Assembly: GCA_002700845.1 (NCBI GenBank)
Contig: PAFA01000062.1
Coordinates: 1 to 63,575, forward strand
DNA from: Phycisphaerae bacterium
GTDB taxonomy: Bacteria; Planctomycetota; Phycisphaerae; Phycisphaerales; SM1A02
Length of the DNA stretch: 63,575 nt
Direction of reading: 5' to 3'
In this document: positions 31,926 to 41,552 of the stretch, piece by piece
How the letters are laid out: every line of letters starts with the position of its first letter
Position numbering within the stretch: position 1 is the stretch's first letter
Notes under the pieces: model-generated
Told to the model about the DNA's origin: nothing
The model's input: only the letters and a program-made list of their open reading frames with translations
Databases searched by the model: none
Program-made: the position numbers and the translations under genes

Positions 31926-32531
31926 ATGGCTGACTTTGACTTCGATGCCCCACCAGCTTCGCCCTTGGCTTGGATGGAGGCTTGGTTCACAGAGGGGGAT
32001 GGTCTCGATGTCCCAAACCCCAATGCGATGTATTTGGCGACGGTCGACGCTGATGGCACGCCGTCCGTTCGCACGGTTCTCCGCCGCGGATTCGATGCCC
32101 GCGGGGTGGTCTTTTACACGAACTATGAATCTCGAAAATCTGAAGCCATGTCATCTTCTGGCCGGGCATCGGTTTTGTTTCACTGGGATCAAACCGACCG
32201 GCAAATTCGGATAGAGGGTCAAATCTCAAAAGTAGAGACCGAGGTTGCAGACGCCTATTTTGCCCGAAGACATCCCGAAAGTCAGTTGGGGGCATGGGCC
32301 AGTCAGCAAAGTCGTTCGTTGCGTGACCGTGCTACTTTCGAATCTGAGGTCGAAGCGATGCGGGCACGGTTTGCTGACGCTCCAATACCCCGGCCTCCAT
32401 TTTGGGGGGGGTACCGGGTGAGTTTGGATGCGGTGGAAATTTGGCAAGGCCACCCACATCGGCTGCATGACCGTGTGCGTTGGACGGCTTCATCAGATGG
32501 TGTATTCAATCGGACTCGCCTTTACCCTTAA
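31926..32531 (+). CDS. pdxH: pyridoxamine 5'-phosphate oxidase
   Basis: PNAMYLAT, FYTNYESRK, RQIRIEG, AWASQQS, WGGYR, RLHDR, RLYP. Confidence 0.96.
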   Translation: MADFDFDAPPASPLAWMEAWFTEGDGLDVPNPNAMYLATVDADGTPSVRTVLRRGFDARGVVFYTNYESRKSEAMSSSGRASVLFHWDQTDRQIRIEGQISKVETEVADAYFARRHPESQLGAWASQQSRSLRDRATFESEVEAMRARFADAPIPRPPFWGGYRVSLDAVEIWQGHPHRLHDRVRWTASSDGVFNRTRLYP

Positions 32532-32560
32532 CTTGCACCGTGGGTTCGGCGTGGTCTGAT

Positions 32561-33061
32561 TCACTCAGGCTGGCGAGCCTTTTCGAGCATTCGGCCACAC
32601 CGGTCGGTAAAGCCACCCCGAATTGGTGCATCCCCTTCGGGTCCAAACTCAGCCCAGTCCAAAATTTGGTCCGGCGTCAAGACCACAATGTCTCCCTGCT
32701 TGGGAAGGTCGGTGTCCAGTGGCACACATTCCAGTCGGAAAGGCCCCCAGTGCCTGGGTTGCAGCCAGGTCGTCGCCCCACTTGATGTCGGGGCATACAG
32801 CACCACAAATTGGCGTTGAGCTTCAAGATCTGCGGCCATCCAACGAGTTCGCGCTCCTTCGAGGCTGCGTTGCGCATCGACCTTTGCTTCCTCAATGCAC
32901 GCGAGATACATCGGATCATCCGAAGCGATCGTGGGTATGCCATCGATGGTCTGGATCTCTTTTGGAGTATTGGTGCGACCTGAGCCCGATGGATCACAGG
33001 CGGTCATGCCCATGGCCAGGACGCATCCGACGAGAAAAAAGAAGCGGCCGTTAGGTTTCAT
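32561..33061 (-). CDS. lipoprotein, DUF2314/YegJ-like
   Basis: Lipobox MTAC; the patterns DDPM..A..EA...L, ILDW and GGFT resemble YegJ. Confidence 0.55.
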   Translation of the reverse strand: MKPNGRFFFLVGCVLAMGMTACDPSGSGRTNTPKEIQTIDGIPTIASDDPMYLACIEEAKVDAQRSLEGARTRWMAADLEAQRQFVVLYAPTSSGATTWLQPRHWGPFRLECVPLDTDLPKQGDIVVLTPDQILDWAEFGPEGDAPIRGGFTDRCGRMLEKARQPE

Positions 33062-33725
33062 TGGGGGGCTCTCCTTTGGCGATGCGTTCCGCATCCTTCA
33101 GCGTATCGGGGTCAAACGAGAACCCTTCGGTCTGGGGTGAGGGAAGGGGTTTGGCATCGGAAGGGTCTTTTACACGTTCGTGGCTTTTGGGCGAATTTTG
33201 ACGAACTTTACCCGAAATTTGCGCAGGAAGATCGACTTTTTGGCGTTTGATCCTCTCAGCTTCAGCCAATAGGTCGGGGGGAAGAACCTCATTTGGGTTG
33301 ATGCGGGTCGGCGAGGAGGTGGGGGGCTCTTTTGGGGTTCGAGCGAGCCAGTCTCGGCCCAATTCCTTTAGGAAGGCAGCAGAATCCATCGTGGATGCGC
33401 CCAACCTTTTGACCCTTCGCTGCAATTGCCGATCGGTGGTGATGACCAAAAGATGGCGGGAAATCGAACTCTGTGAGACAACTCGCGCGATCACATCATC
33501 AGCGCTCACTCCATGTCCCGAGAAGGTGATTTTTAGGCCTTCAGGGAGGAATTTTGGCGCGTCTTCCCACTGAGCGCCATCGCATACCAGATGGATTCCT
33601 TGGGGATATCGCCGAGAGGCCACAAGAATGGTGGCAAATTCTTGTGGTGAGGGACCAGCAATCTCCGTGGGGAGCGTGTCGGTTGCCCCCATCACATTGT
33701 TGGTGTCCAAGATCACTCGAGCCAT
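33051..33725 (-). CDS. NYN/YacP-like (PIN-fold) protein
   Basis: ILDTNN, VCDG, SADDVI, ITTDRQL acidic motifs. Confidence 0.65.
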   Translation of the reverse strand: MARVILDTNNVMGATDTLPTEIAGPSPQEFATILVASRRYPQGIHLVCDGAQWEDAPKFLPEGLKITFSGHGVSADDVIARVVSQSSISRHLLVITTDRQLQRRVKRLGASTMDSAAFLKELGRDWLARTPKEPPTSSPTRINPNEVLPPDLLAEAERIKRQKVDLPAQISGKVRQNSPKSHERVKDPSDAKPLPSPQTEGFSFDPDTLKDAERIAKGEPPNET

Positions 33726-33811
33726 GTGCTCAAGATACTGGTACTTCCGTGCTTGACGGGACGCTCGTTTTCGGGTGAAATAGTCGTTTCCCTCTAAGGA
33801 GCAGATGACCC

Positions 33812-34024
33812 ATGGCGATTCGAATCAAGACCCGGACCGGCGAAAGCGTTCAACAAATGATGCGGCGGTTCAAAAAGTTGTGTGAGAAGGAAGGCCTGAC
33901 CAAAGAGGTCAAGAAGCGCCAGTACTTCGAAAAGCCTTCAGAGCGTCGTCGTCGTGCGACTCGGAAAGCTGCTTCACGTCTGATTCGGACGAACACCCCG
34001 CAATCAAGCGATCGTCGCCGCTGA
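33812..34024 (+). CDS. rpsU: 30S ribosomal protein S21
   Basis: GES....RRFKK, YFEKPSERRRR; TAAGGAG RBS. Confidence 0.96.
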   Translation: MAIRIKTRTGESVQQMMRRFKKLCEKEGLTKEVKKRQYFEKPSERRRRATRKAASRLIRTNTPQSSDRRR

Positions 34025-34167
34025 TTCTGACATCTTTCGCTGACGCAATTCGTTCCATTGACCCGATCTTCTTAGGGTGAATGCTGACGCTCTGTGCGAG
34101 AGCGCACGTTGAATGCTCGGTTGAGCTTCGCGAACCACTTTTCTTTGTCTTTACCTGGATATCCCCC

Positions 34168-36456
34168 ATGGACCCAATGAATCTTTCCCCTCTGTATTGG
34201 CTTGGACCCGTTGGTGCAATCTCTGCCCTTGGTGCGGCCTTTGCGTTTAGTCGTGGTGTGATGGCGAACAGTGAAGGTGAAGGCGAGATGGTTGAGATCG
34301 CCCAAGCCGTCCGCGACGGTGCGATGGCGTATCTCACTCGCCAATACAAAGTGGTGGCGATGGTTTTTGTTGTTCTGGTGGCCGTGTTGTTTGTGCTGTC
34401 CACGCAGGGCACGCAGGCTTGGCAGACTGCCATTGGTGTTCCGGTTGCAGGCTTGTTCTCAGGTCTCTGCGGATGGTTCGGTATGAAGATGGCCACGAAT
34501 GCCTCGGCCCGAACCGCCTTTGCCGCCAAGCAATCTCTGAATGACGGCCTCAAGGTGGCATTCCGTGCGGGTGCGGTCATGGGGCTGGTGGTCGTGGGCT
34601 TTGCCCTACTCGACATCTCAGCATGGTTCTACTTGTACACCCAAGGCATCGTTTCATTGCCCGAAGGTGATGCTTTGGTTGCGATGACCACGATCATGCT
34701 TTCGTATGGCATGGGTGCCTCGACGCAAGCTCTGTTTGCTCGAGTCGGCGGTGGTATCTACACCAAGGCCGCTGATGTTGGCGCTGACCTTGTTGGCAAA
34801 GTTGAAGCAGGGATTCCTGAAGATGATGCTCGCAACCCCGCCACCATCGCTGACAACGTTGGTGACAACGTGGGTGATGTTGCTGGTATGGGCGCGGACC
34901 TCTATGAGTCGTACTACGGATCGATTCTCGCAACGATGGCGCTTGGCGCTGCCGCAGCACTCGCCGCGGCAGGATCACTCGGCGAAGGCGTTGGCTTGAA
35001 ATTGGCCGTTGCTCCATTGGCTTTGGCCGGTGTTGGCGTCTTTGCTTCGCTGATTGGGGTCTTTGTGGTCAAGGCTGAAGAAAATGCGTCCTTCAACAAG
35101 TTGCTCAAGAGTCTGCACATGGGTGTGTGGGCGGCTTCCGCCATTATTGTGGTTGCGTCTTGGTTCCTGTTGCAGAACATTTTCGCCGGGACAGAAATCT
35201 CTGCAGGTGGGGTTTGGGGCGCGATCATTACTGGGCTTTTGGGCGGACTGGTTATTGCTTGGTTCACCGAGTACTACACCAGCTACGAACACAAGCCAAC
35301 CCAAAGTATTGCCGAGCAAGCGCAGACTGGTCCGGCAACGGTGATTATTTCCGGCATTTCTGTTGGAATGATCTCGACCTGGGTACCCATCCTTGTGGTG
35401 GTCGTTGGCATCATGCTGGCCTTTTACTTGGCAGGCGGTGGTGAAACATTCCTTTTAGGACTTTACGGCGTCGGTATTGCCGCGGTTGGCATGTTGTCAA
35501 CACTCGGAATCACACTCGCGACTGATGCGTACGGCCCGATTGCTGACAATGCCGGTGGTAACGCGGAGATGTCTGGTCAACCAAGCTACGTGCGGGAACG
35601 CACAGATACGCTTGATTCTCTCGGGAACACGACTGCCGCGACGGGTAAAGGGTTCGCGATTGGTTCGGCAGCACTTACCGCCCTGGCGCTCTTGGCGTCA
35701 TACGTGATTACCGTCAAAGAGTATGCGATCAGAGCGGGTGTTTTCGGTGAAGACGCCACCAGCGCATCGGTCACCGTTCAGGACGTTGTGAACCATTACG
35801 ACGTCACCTTGTTGAACCCTTCTGTTCTCGGTGGCGTCTTTCTTGGCGTGATGTTGGCCTTCGTCTTCTGTGCGATGACCATGAACGCTGTTGGTCGTGC
35901 CGCCTACGCCATGATGAACGAATGTCGCCGTCAGTTTGGTTTGATGCGTGAAGCATTCAAAGATCTTGACATGACCGAAGATCAAATCAACGACCCGATG
36001 CAGTGGCCTAAAAAGGTGCAACACCAAGGCAAGCAGTACCCCGATTATGCTTCATGTGTTGATATCTCTACGACGAGTGCCCAGAAAGAAATGGTGATGC
36101 CATCTATTTTGGCCATCCTTGTTCCGATTCTCGTTGGACTTCTCCTGGGTGTCGCGGGGGTACTTGGCATGCTCGTTGGTGGATTGACCAGTGGCTTCGC
36201 AGTTGCGATTTACATGGCCAACGCCGGTGGTGCCTGGGACAACGCCAAGAAGTACATCGAGAAGGGCCACTTTGGTGGCAAGGGCTCTGATGCGCACAAA
36301 GCCGGTGTGGTCGGTGACACCGTTGGTGATCCGTTTAAGGACACCTCTGGTCCGGCTCTTAATATTCTGATCAAGTTGATCGCCATCGTGTCGGTCGTCT
36401 TTGCCGGCGTGGTTGTCGAGCACGGCGATCTTGTGAAGCAATTCCTCGGCGGCTAA
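34168..36456 (+). CDS. hppA: membrane-integral cation-translocating pyrophosphatase (K+-dependent; Na+ or Na+,H+ type)
   Basis: GGGIYTKAADVGADLVGKVE, DNVGDNVGD, ADLYESY, GNTTAA, GDTVGDPFKD. Confidence 0.95.
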   Translation: MDPMNLSPLYWLGPVGAISALGAAFAFSRGVMANSEGEGEMVEIAQAVRDGAMAYLTRQYKVVAMVFVVLVAVLFVLSTQGTQAWQTAIGVPVAGLFSGLCGWFGMKMATNASARTAFAAKQSLNDGLKVAFRAGAVMGLVVVGFALLDISAWFYLYTQGIVSLPEGDALVAMTTIMLSYGMGASTQALFARVGGGIYTKAADVGADLVGKVEAGIPEDDARNPATIADNVGDNVGDVAGMGADLYESYYGSILATMALGAAAALAAAGSLGEGVGLKLAVAPLALAGVGVFASLIGVFVVKAEENASFNKLLKSLHMGVWAASAIIVVASWFLLQNIFAGTEISAGGVWGAIITGLLGGLVIAWFTEYYTSYEHKPTQSIAEQAQTGPATVIISGISVGMISTWVPILVVVVGIMLAFYLAGGGETFLLGLYGVGIAAVGMLSTLGITLATDAYGPIADNAGGNAEMSGQPSYVRERTDTLDSLGNTTAATGKGFAIGSAALTALALLASYVITVKEYAIRAGVFGEDATSASVTVQDVVNHYDVTLLNPSVLGGVFLGVMLAFVFCAMTMNAVGRAAYAMMNECRRQFGLMREAFKDLDMTEDQINDPMQWPKKVQHQGKQYPDYASCVDISTTSAQKEMVMPSILAILVPILVGLLLGVAGVLGMLVGGLTSGFAVAIYMANAGGAWDNAKKYIEKGHFGGKGSDAHKAGVVGDTVGDPFKDTSGPALNILIKLIAIVSVVFAGVVVEHGDLVKQFLGG

Positions 36457-36460
36457 TTCA

Positions 36461-36835
36461 TTGGCCCGCGGTACCACTCCTGAACAGCGTGCCCTGACCA
36501 AGGGACTCGCCCTCGAACTGGCGAAATTGGCCAAGGACTATGACTGCAGCGATATACGGTTGCTGGACGTTCGAGACTTCTCGGAAGTCATGGACTGGAT
36601 CCTCGTCGTCTCTGGCACATCGGACCGCCAAATGCGGTCAGTGGCTGATCTGATGAAAAAGCACGCCCGAGAACAGGGGCAATCCGCTTGGCAGGGCAGT
36701 CGTGATCAGCATGCCACTTGGATCGTTCTGGACTTTGTGGATCTGGTCGTTCACCTCTTTGAGCCCAATCAAAGGGCTTGGTACGACATTGAAGGCCTGT
36801 GGGCAGATGCCGAAGATGTAGAACTGGCCCACTAA
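36461..36835 (+). CDS. rsfS: ribosome silencing factor RsfS (Iojap)
   Basis: DIRLLDV, SGTSDRQ, WIVLDFVDLVVHLF, YDIEGLW. Confidence 0.93.
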   Translation: MARGTTPEQRALTKGLALELAKLAKDYDCSDIRLLDVRDFSEVMDWILVVSGTSDRQMRSVADLMKKHAREQGQSAWQGSRDQHATWIVLDFVDLVVHLFEPNQRAWYDIEGLWADAEDVELAH

Positions 36836-36884
36836 TTCGACTCGGGCTCAAGTGATGGCTCCTGATGTCGATATGAGTTGAGCC

Positions 36885-38540
36885 ATGGTGTGCTTGTCTC
36901 TCTTTCTCAGTGCTGCAACTGATTTTGCAATTGGCTTTGAAGGCCTTCCTGACCCTCATCAGGATGATTTTCGGCTGATTGTCCTTGGTGACTCATTTGC
37001 GGCACCAAGAATGAACCGAATTCCCACGGCATTGATGGCTCGTCTGCCCGAAGGACGGATACGCGCCTGGCGAGTTCCCGTGACGCCCAATGCATTTCCG
37101 TTTCGCTTGGTTGATGTTGGCGCAGATGCTTTTCAAGTCAATGACTCGAGCGAAGCTGGGTGTTATCTCTTTGAGGCTGATCGTGGTGGGGCGCGAGTCG
37201 GCTTGCCATTGACCCGCCCAATGGATCTTCGGGTGGCAAATGGTCCAGCGGATCGTTTGATCTATGACTGGAGATTGGAGGGGCTTGAGCCCGGCCGGGC
37301 GGTGCTTTCGAAATTCAGTCAAGGTCCAGTGTCACTTAAGGTTATTCACCGGTGGCCAACCTCTTCATTCAACACAGTTCCTCTTACCACGACCGAGGGG
37401 ACCTGGATCCCCGGTGACATTCTTCCCCCGGGCAGCTTTGGCGAGCTTGGCACCTGTGAGTTGGATCAGCTGAGTGTTGATGATCGAATCAAACTCCGAA
37501 CTGCGGCCAATGGTGCCGGGGCCCTTCAAGCATTGGGTGCCATCTTGTCATCCCCATCGGACGGCATTTATTTCAGTGCCTTGTCGGACGAGAGTTGGTC
37601 GTATTTGGGCTACGCAAGCGATGAGCCTTGTGATGGTGCTGGAGATAAAAAGTTCGACCGGGCTGAACTTGCCGAATGGATTTCAGTCACAACGCTTGAC
37701 CCCTCAGAGCCGATTGTCTTCCTCACAATGTTGTCAACCGAGATTGTGACCGGGCAAGAATTTGATTTCACTCTTGATGATCTTGTTCAGCAGTCCTTTT
37801 CAGCAGTTTCTCAAGCTGGGCTTGATGTTCCTGTATCGATGGTCTTTGTTCTTCCCTTCCGCCATTCCATAGGGGGCGTCCTTCCAGTTGATGAGGAACC
37901 AATCGAGTTCGACGCCACTTGGGAAGCCATGTCTCAATTGGCCGACGAAAGAGAAGATGTCGGGGCCATATCTCTTTATCACCTAACGGACGGCATTCGA
38001 TTTGATGGCGGCCAGGCTGGTCGTCGGTGGCTGGAAGATCGATGCTTAAACCTGCATTCTTTTGGCGATGACACATACAACCTGTCGTTGCCCCCGTACC
38101 TGGGGATGTTGCACGACGCCGCGATGATCCACCCCCGAGATGAGGTCGCAGCCACTTTCATGGCGCGTTTGTTGCGATTCGCATGGCGAGGTTGGAGTTG
38201 GCCGGGCGATGTGGATGCTGATGGGCAGCTCACAACCGCCGACCGCGATCTGGTGTTGCAGATGGACGGCCAAACCGGGTTTTCCCCAGCAGATCTCAAT
38301 GAAGATGGCGTGGTGAACCTTGCTGATTTGGACGAAATTGAGCGTCGTTTGGATTGTGCCAGCGACCCACCGTCTCCGCCAAATCCAGATTTCAATGGTG
38401 ACGGTTCAGTCAACTACGAAGACCTGCTGATCCTGTTGGCAAACTGGGAAGCTTCGGACATCGATGAGTATGACCTGAATGCAGATGGCATGGTCGATTA
38501 CGTGGATCTCCTCATTTTGCTTTCTGATTGGTCCATCTAG
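36885..38540 (+). CDS. secreted SGNH/GDSL-like protein with two C-terminal dockerin-like (paired EF-hand) domains
   Basis: IVLGDSF (block I) and D...IHP (block V-like); DVDADG, DLNEDG, DFNGDG and DLNADG loops. Confidence 0.65.
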   Translation: MVCLSLFLSAATDFAIGFEGLPDPHQDDFRLIVLGDSFAAPRMNRIPTALMARLPEGRIRAWRVPVTPNAFPFRLVDVGADAFQVNDSSEAGCYLFEADRGGARVGLPLTRPMDLRVANGPADRLIYDWRLEGLEPGRAVLSKFSQGPVSLKVIHRWPTSSFNTVPLTTTEGTWIPGDILPPGSFGELGTCELDQLSVDDRIKLRTAANGAGALQALGAILSSPSDGIYFSALSDESWSYLGYASDEPCDGAGDKKFDRAELAEWISVTTLDPSEPIVFLTMLSTEIVTGQEFDFTLDDLVQQSFSAVSQAGLDVPVSMVFVLPFRHSIGGVLPVDEEPIEFDATWEAMSQLADEREDVGAISLYHLTDGIRFDGGQAGRRWLEDRCLNLHSFGDDTYNLSLPPYLGMLHDAAMIHPRDEVAATFMARLLRFAWRGWSWPGDVDADGQLTTADRDLVLQMDGQTGFSPADLNEDGVVNLADLDEIERRLDCASDPPSPPNPDFNGDGSVNYEDLLILLANWEASDIDEYDLNADGMVDYVDLLILLSDWSI

Positions 38541-39199
38541 TCATTACGCCGCAAGGTCATCCCACGGAAGTTTCGTCCTTCAGGGATGAACTTGCGTTCA
38601 AAGTTAGACCCAACCAACTCTCCAGCTTTTGCAGAGACACATGGCTCGTAGGCCTCTCTTTCGAACAATTCGCAGCGTTGAACGTGTTCTTCGTACCAGT
38701 CCCACAGGTCGTCGTGATCCGTAACGATTCGAAGCGTGCCACCAGGCTCAATCACGCGATGGAATTCCACCAGCGTGGCATCTTGCACGACACGTCGACG
38801 GTGATGGCGTGACTTGGGCCACGGGTCGCTGAAGTACAAATGGAAGGTATGGATGCTTTTGTTGGCCACACGTTGTCGAATAAATTCCACCGCGTCAGCA
38901 TGGAGCATCCGCACGTTGCGAAGATCGCGGCGTCGTGCTCGATCTGCGGCGTAGCGCCAAAAAGCCATCATCCATTCAATTCCCAGAAAGTTATGTTCTG
39001 GTCGATGGGGAGCTTCTTGGACAAGGAATGTTCCTTTCCCTGAACCGATCTCCAATTCAAAAGGGCGCGTTGGGTCATCAAACCAAAGCCTGGGGTCGTC
39101 TTCGGTCCGGGGAGCGTCTCCGGCGGACGGGAGTTCTTCAGCTTGATATCCATAGCCGGAGATATCAAGTCGACTTGCACTGGGAAGGCTTCTGGTCAT
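38537..39199 (-). CDS. trmB: tRNA (guanine-N7)-methyltransferase
   Basis: ELEIGSGKG, FLGIE, FSDPWPKSRHHRRR, SNFERKF. Start trimmed to MTRSLP. Confidence 0.94.
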   Translation of the reverse strand: MTRSLPSASRLDISGYGYQAEELPSAGDAPRTEDDPRLWFDDPTRPFELEIGSGKGTFLVQEAPHRPEHNFLGIEWMMAFWRYAADRARRRDLRNVRMLHADAVEFIRQRVANKSIHTFHLYFSDPWPKSRHHRRRVVQDATLVEFHRVIEPGGTLRIVTDHDDLWDWYEEHVQRCELFEREAYEPCVSAKAGELVGSNFERKFIPEGRNFRGMTLRRND

Positions 39200-39290
39200 T
39201 GGAAAGTTCAGTTTGGCTAGGATCGGTTCGGATGGCAAGCGACACATGGCATGAACCCGTGCATGATCTGAAGGTTTCTCCAATTTGCTG

Positions 39291-39431
39291 ATGCTCATTT
39301 TGATTGTGAGTGTCGTTGTGATCGCGCTCCTGTTCTTGCTCGCCAGTGGGGGAGAGCACAGCTCGGAGATCCACAGCGCTGATGCGGAAGATGCCCCCAT
39401 GTATGAAGAGGAGTACTACTCAGACGACTGA
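39291..39431 (+). CDS. 46-aa small membrane protein (not in the ORF track)
   Basis: MLILIVSVVVIALLFLLASGGEHSSEIHSADAEDAPMYEEEYYSDD*; fills the gap between two - strand genes. Confidence 0.5.
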   Translation: MLILIVSVVVIALLFLLASGGEHSSEIHSADAEDAPMYEEEYYSDD

Positions 39432-39802
39432 GGGGGCAGCGTCGGTTTTGCCCAGTTGTTCTCAGAGTCCTGAGAAAGGACTGCCGCGGCCATGCGCACC
39501 ATTTTTCGGGAGATCACCGCTTCGGGGCGACTTGGAGAAGCCCAGCCCGGATCGTCCGCACGGTTCTGAGCTGCTCGGTCGGATGTGCCCTCTTGGCTTA
39601 CCACGCAGAAAAATTCTCCGCGGACCAGTTCAGAGGCATCGGTTTCAACCGCGATCCAAGCCATGCTGAGGCAATACCCGCAGATGCACGATCCCCTGTG
39701 ACCTTCCACAAAGGGGGTCTTTTCTGACCATGGTCGGCAACAAAAGTCACACCAAAAGTCTTCGGGGGCCATATTGAGGGGGTCGGCGCCTGGGCGATGC
39801 AT
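39416..39802 (-). CDS. stand-alone ClpX C4-type zinc-finger-like protein
   Basis: CDFC...VEGHRGSCICGYC resembles the ClpX zinc-binding domain CSFC..IAG...ICDEC. Start trimmed to avoid overlapping the kinase. Confidence 0.6.
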   Translation of the reverse strand: MHRPGADPLNMAPEDFWCDFCCRPWSEKTPFVEGHRGSCICGYCLSMAWIAVETDASELVRGEFFCVVSQEGTSDRAAQNRADDPGWASPSRPEAVISRKMVRMAAAVLSQDSENNWAKPTLPPQSSE

Positions 39803-39846
39803 GGTGCACCATGGTACGTCGGCGCTGAATTCGCCATGATGGTGAT

Positions 39847-41277
39847 ATGGCAAACCGATTGCCCCTCGGGGCTCGAACTCGACTTCTGTTCTTGGGCAGC
39901 GCTTTTTTGGTGCTGGTGGTGGGCCTGCTGGTCCCATGGGTGAGGACAGAGGACGTCGTGCGTGCCTATCAAGGGCGATCAATTGAAAAAGCGTTGCAGA
40001 TTTTTGACGCTGGTGGGGATCTCGGTGAGGCCCAGGTGATCGTATTGGCTAAAGAGGATCCACAATATGAAGTGATCCGCCAGCGACTGGCGCAGCGTCA
40101 AGGTGTGGGCACCATCCGAATCATCAGGACCGAGATCGGCGAGCCCCGCGCACAGCGGTACGTGATCCGTGATGATCAAGTGCTCAAAGTCGACGTGCCT
40201 GGGATCTTTGGTGATGCTCTCTTGTTGGAATCCCGCGCGTGGTTTGTGGCTTCGGGTTTTTTGGTGTTTTTTCTGATGTTTGCCGCCTTTCATCGGACTC
40301 TCGAAAAGCTTGTTCTTAGCCCGGTGTACGGGCTCTTGTCTTCCGCAAAGTCCCTCGAAGAGGGAAGGCCTGGTGCTCGATTTTCATGTTCCTCTGGAGA
40401 TGAGTTTGAATCTCTGGCTGAGACTCTGAATCGAATTGTGGAACGGTCCGAACGCGCTCGAGAGGATCTCCGCACCATGAATGAAGCCTTGGACCTCCGG
40501 GTTGATGAGTTGCGTGACTTGAATGCGGGTCTGGATGAAGCAAACCGGCTGAAGTCAGAATTCTTGGCCAACGTGAGCCATGAGTTGAGAACGCCACTCG
40601 GTCTCATCATTGGTCATGCGGATGCCATGCACAGCGCGTTTTCCACTGAGCATCAAACCGAATCCGTTCATCGAAGTCTGCAGCACATCATTGAGTCCGG
40701 TCATGACTTGCGGCAACTCATTGAAGAGCTCCTGGCCTTGGCCAAGGTTGAAGCTGGCCGCATTGAGCTGCACCCAGTTCCTCTGCAACTCACCGATTTG
40801 GCGGCTGGACTGGAGCGGGCATTTTCGACCTCATTGGCCTCGAAAGGTTTGGCGCTGCAGGTGGAAGTGGCCGAGTGTCCCATCATCGAATCTGACCACG
40901 CCAAGGTTCGTCAGGTTCTTTACAACTTTTTGGCCAATGCCATCAAGTATGCCCCTGAAAGTGGCACGCTGCATCTGCAGGCTGGAGTTGTGGACAGTGG
41001 TCATGCGGAAATTCGTGTGATCGATCATGGACCAGGGGTGCCTGAAGATTTGCGTCAGGTGATTTTTGAAAAATTCCGACAGGGCGATTCGGGTTTGGCT
41101 CGTGGGCACGGCGGCACAGGGTTGGGTCTTGCAATCGCCCGTCAATTTGCGGACATTCTTCGCGGAACCGTCCGCTGTGAAGGCACTCCAGGAGGTGGCG
41201 CGACGTTCGTCCTGAGACTGCCTCTTACCTGGACCCGTGAAGTTGACCGTCCTCTGTTGCCGGAATCGGCGTCCTAA
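39847..41277 (+). CDS. sensor histidine kinase (2 TM, HAMP, HisKA, HATPase)
   Basis: KSEFLANVSHELRTPL, NFLANAIKY, DHGPGV, GGTGLGLAI. Confidence 0.95.
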   Translation: MANRLPLGARTRLLFLGSAFLVLVVGLLVPWVRTEDVVRAYQGRSIEKALQIFDAGGDLGEAQVIVLAKEDPQYEVIRQRLAQRQGVGTIRIIRTEIGEPRAQRYVIRDDQVLKVDVPGIFGDALLLESRAWFVASGFLVFFLMFAAFHRTLEKLVLSPVYGLLSSAKSLEEGRPGARFSCSSGDEFESLAETLNRIVERSERAREDLRTMNEALDLRVDELRDLNAGLDEANRLKSEFLANVSHELRTPLGLIIGHADAMHSAFSTEHQTESVHRSLQHIIESGHDLRQLIEELLALAKVEAGRIELHPVPLQLTDLAAGLERAFSTSLASKGLALQVEVAECPIIESDHAKVRQVLYNFLANAIKYAPESGTLHLQAGVVDSGHAEIRVIDHGPGVPEDLRQVIFEKFRQGDSGLARGHGGTGLGLAIARQFADILRGTVRCEGTPGGGATFVLRLPLTWTREVDRPLLPESAS

Positions 41278-41552
41278 TGTTGTTCGCGGAGGCGCTCGAT
41301 CATTGCATCGTCGGCGTCACGGCGAACTCGGCCCAGCATGGCACAGTCCCACCGTTCTCGTCGCACCCCATCATCCATAGCTTCGCGCAGGAGTCCGTAC
41401 GCGGCCGCCGCTATGACTGATGGCGGTAGTCGAGCGGATGGACACCACCGGTCGTAGTCCACATAGGCAAGGTAGACGACGACCGCTTCGGGGCCGAACC
41501 AAGTCCAGCCTCGAGTGTCTTCGGATTCTGCGGTCAGTTGAGACGCGTCCAA
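41274..41552 (-). CDS. hypothetical protein
   Basis: 92-aa ORF filling the gap, overlapping the upstream - strand gene's stop; no recognised motif. Confidence 0.4.
   Translation of the reverse strand: MDASQLTAESEDTRGWTWFGPEAVVVYLAYVDYDRWCPSARLPPSVIAAAAYGLLREAMDDGVRRERWDCAMLGRVRRDADDAMIERLREQH

Noticed and set aside
34025-34167. Possible Na+-sensing riboswitch ahead of the PPase (GGTTGAGCTTCGCGAACC hairpin plus T-rich run)
   Set aside because: The context is suggestive but the element is short and I cannot match it to the consensus by eye; an Rfam cmscan would be needed.
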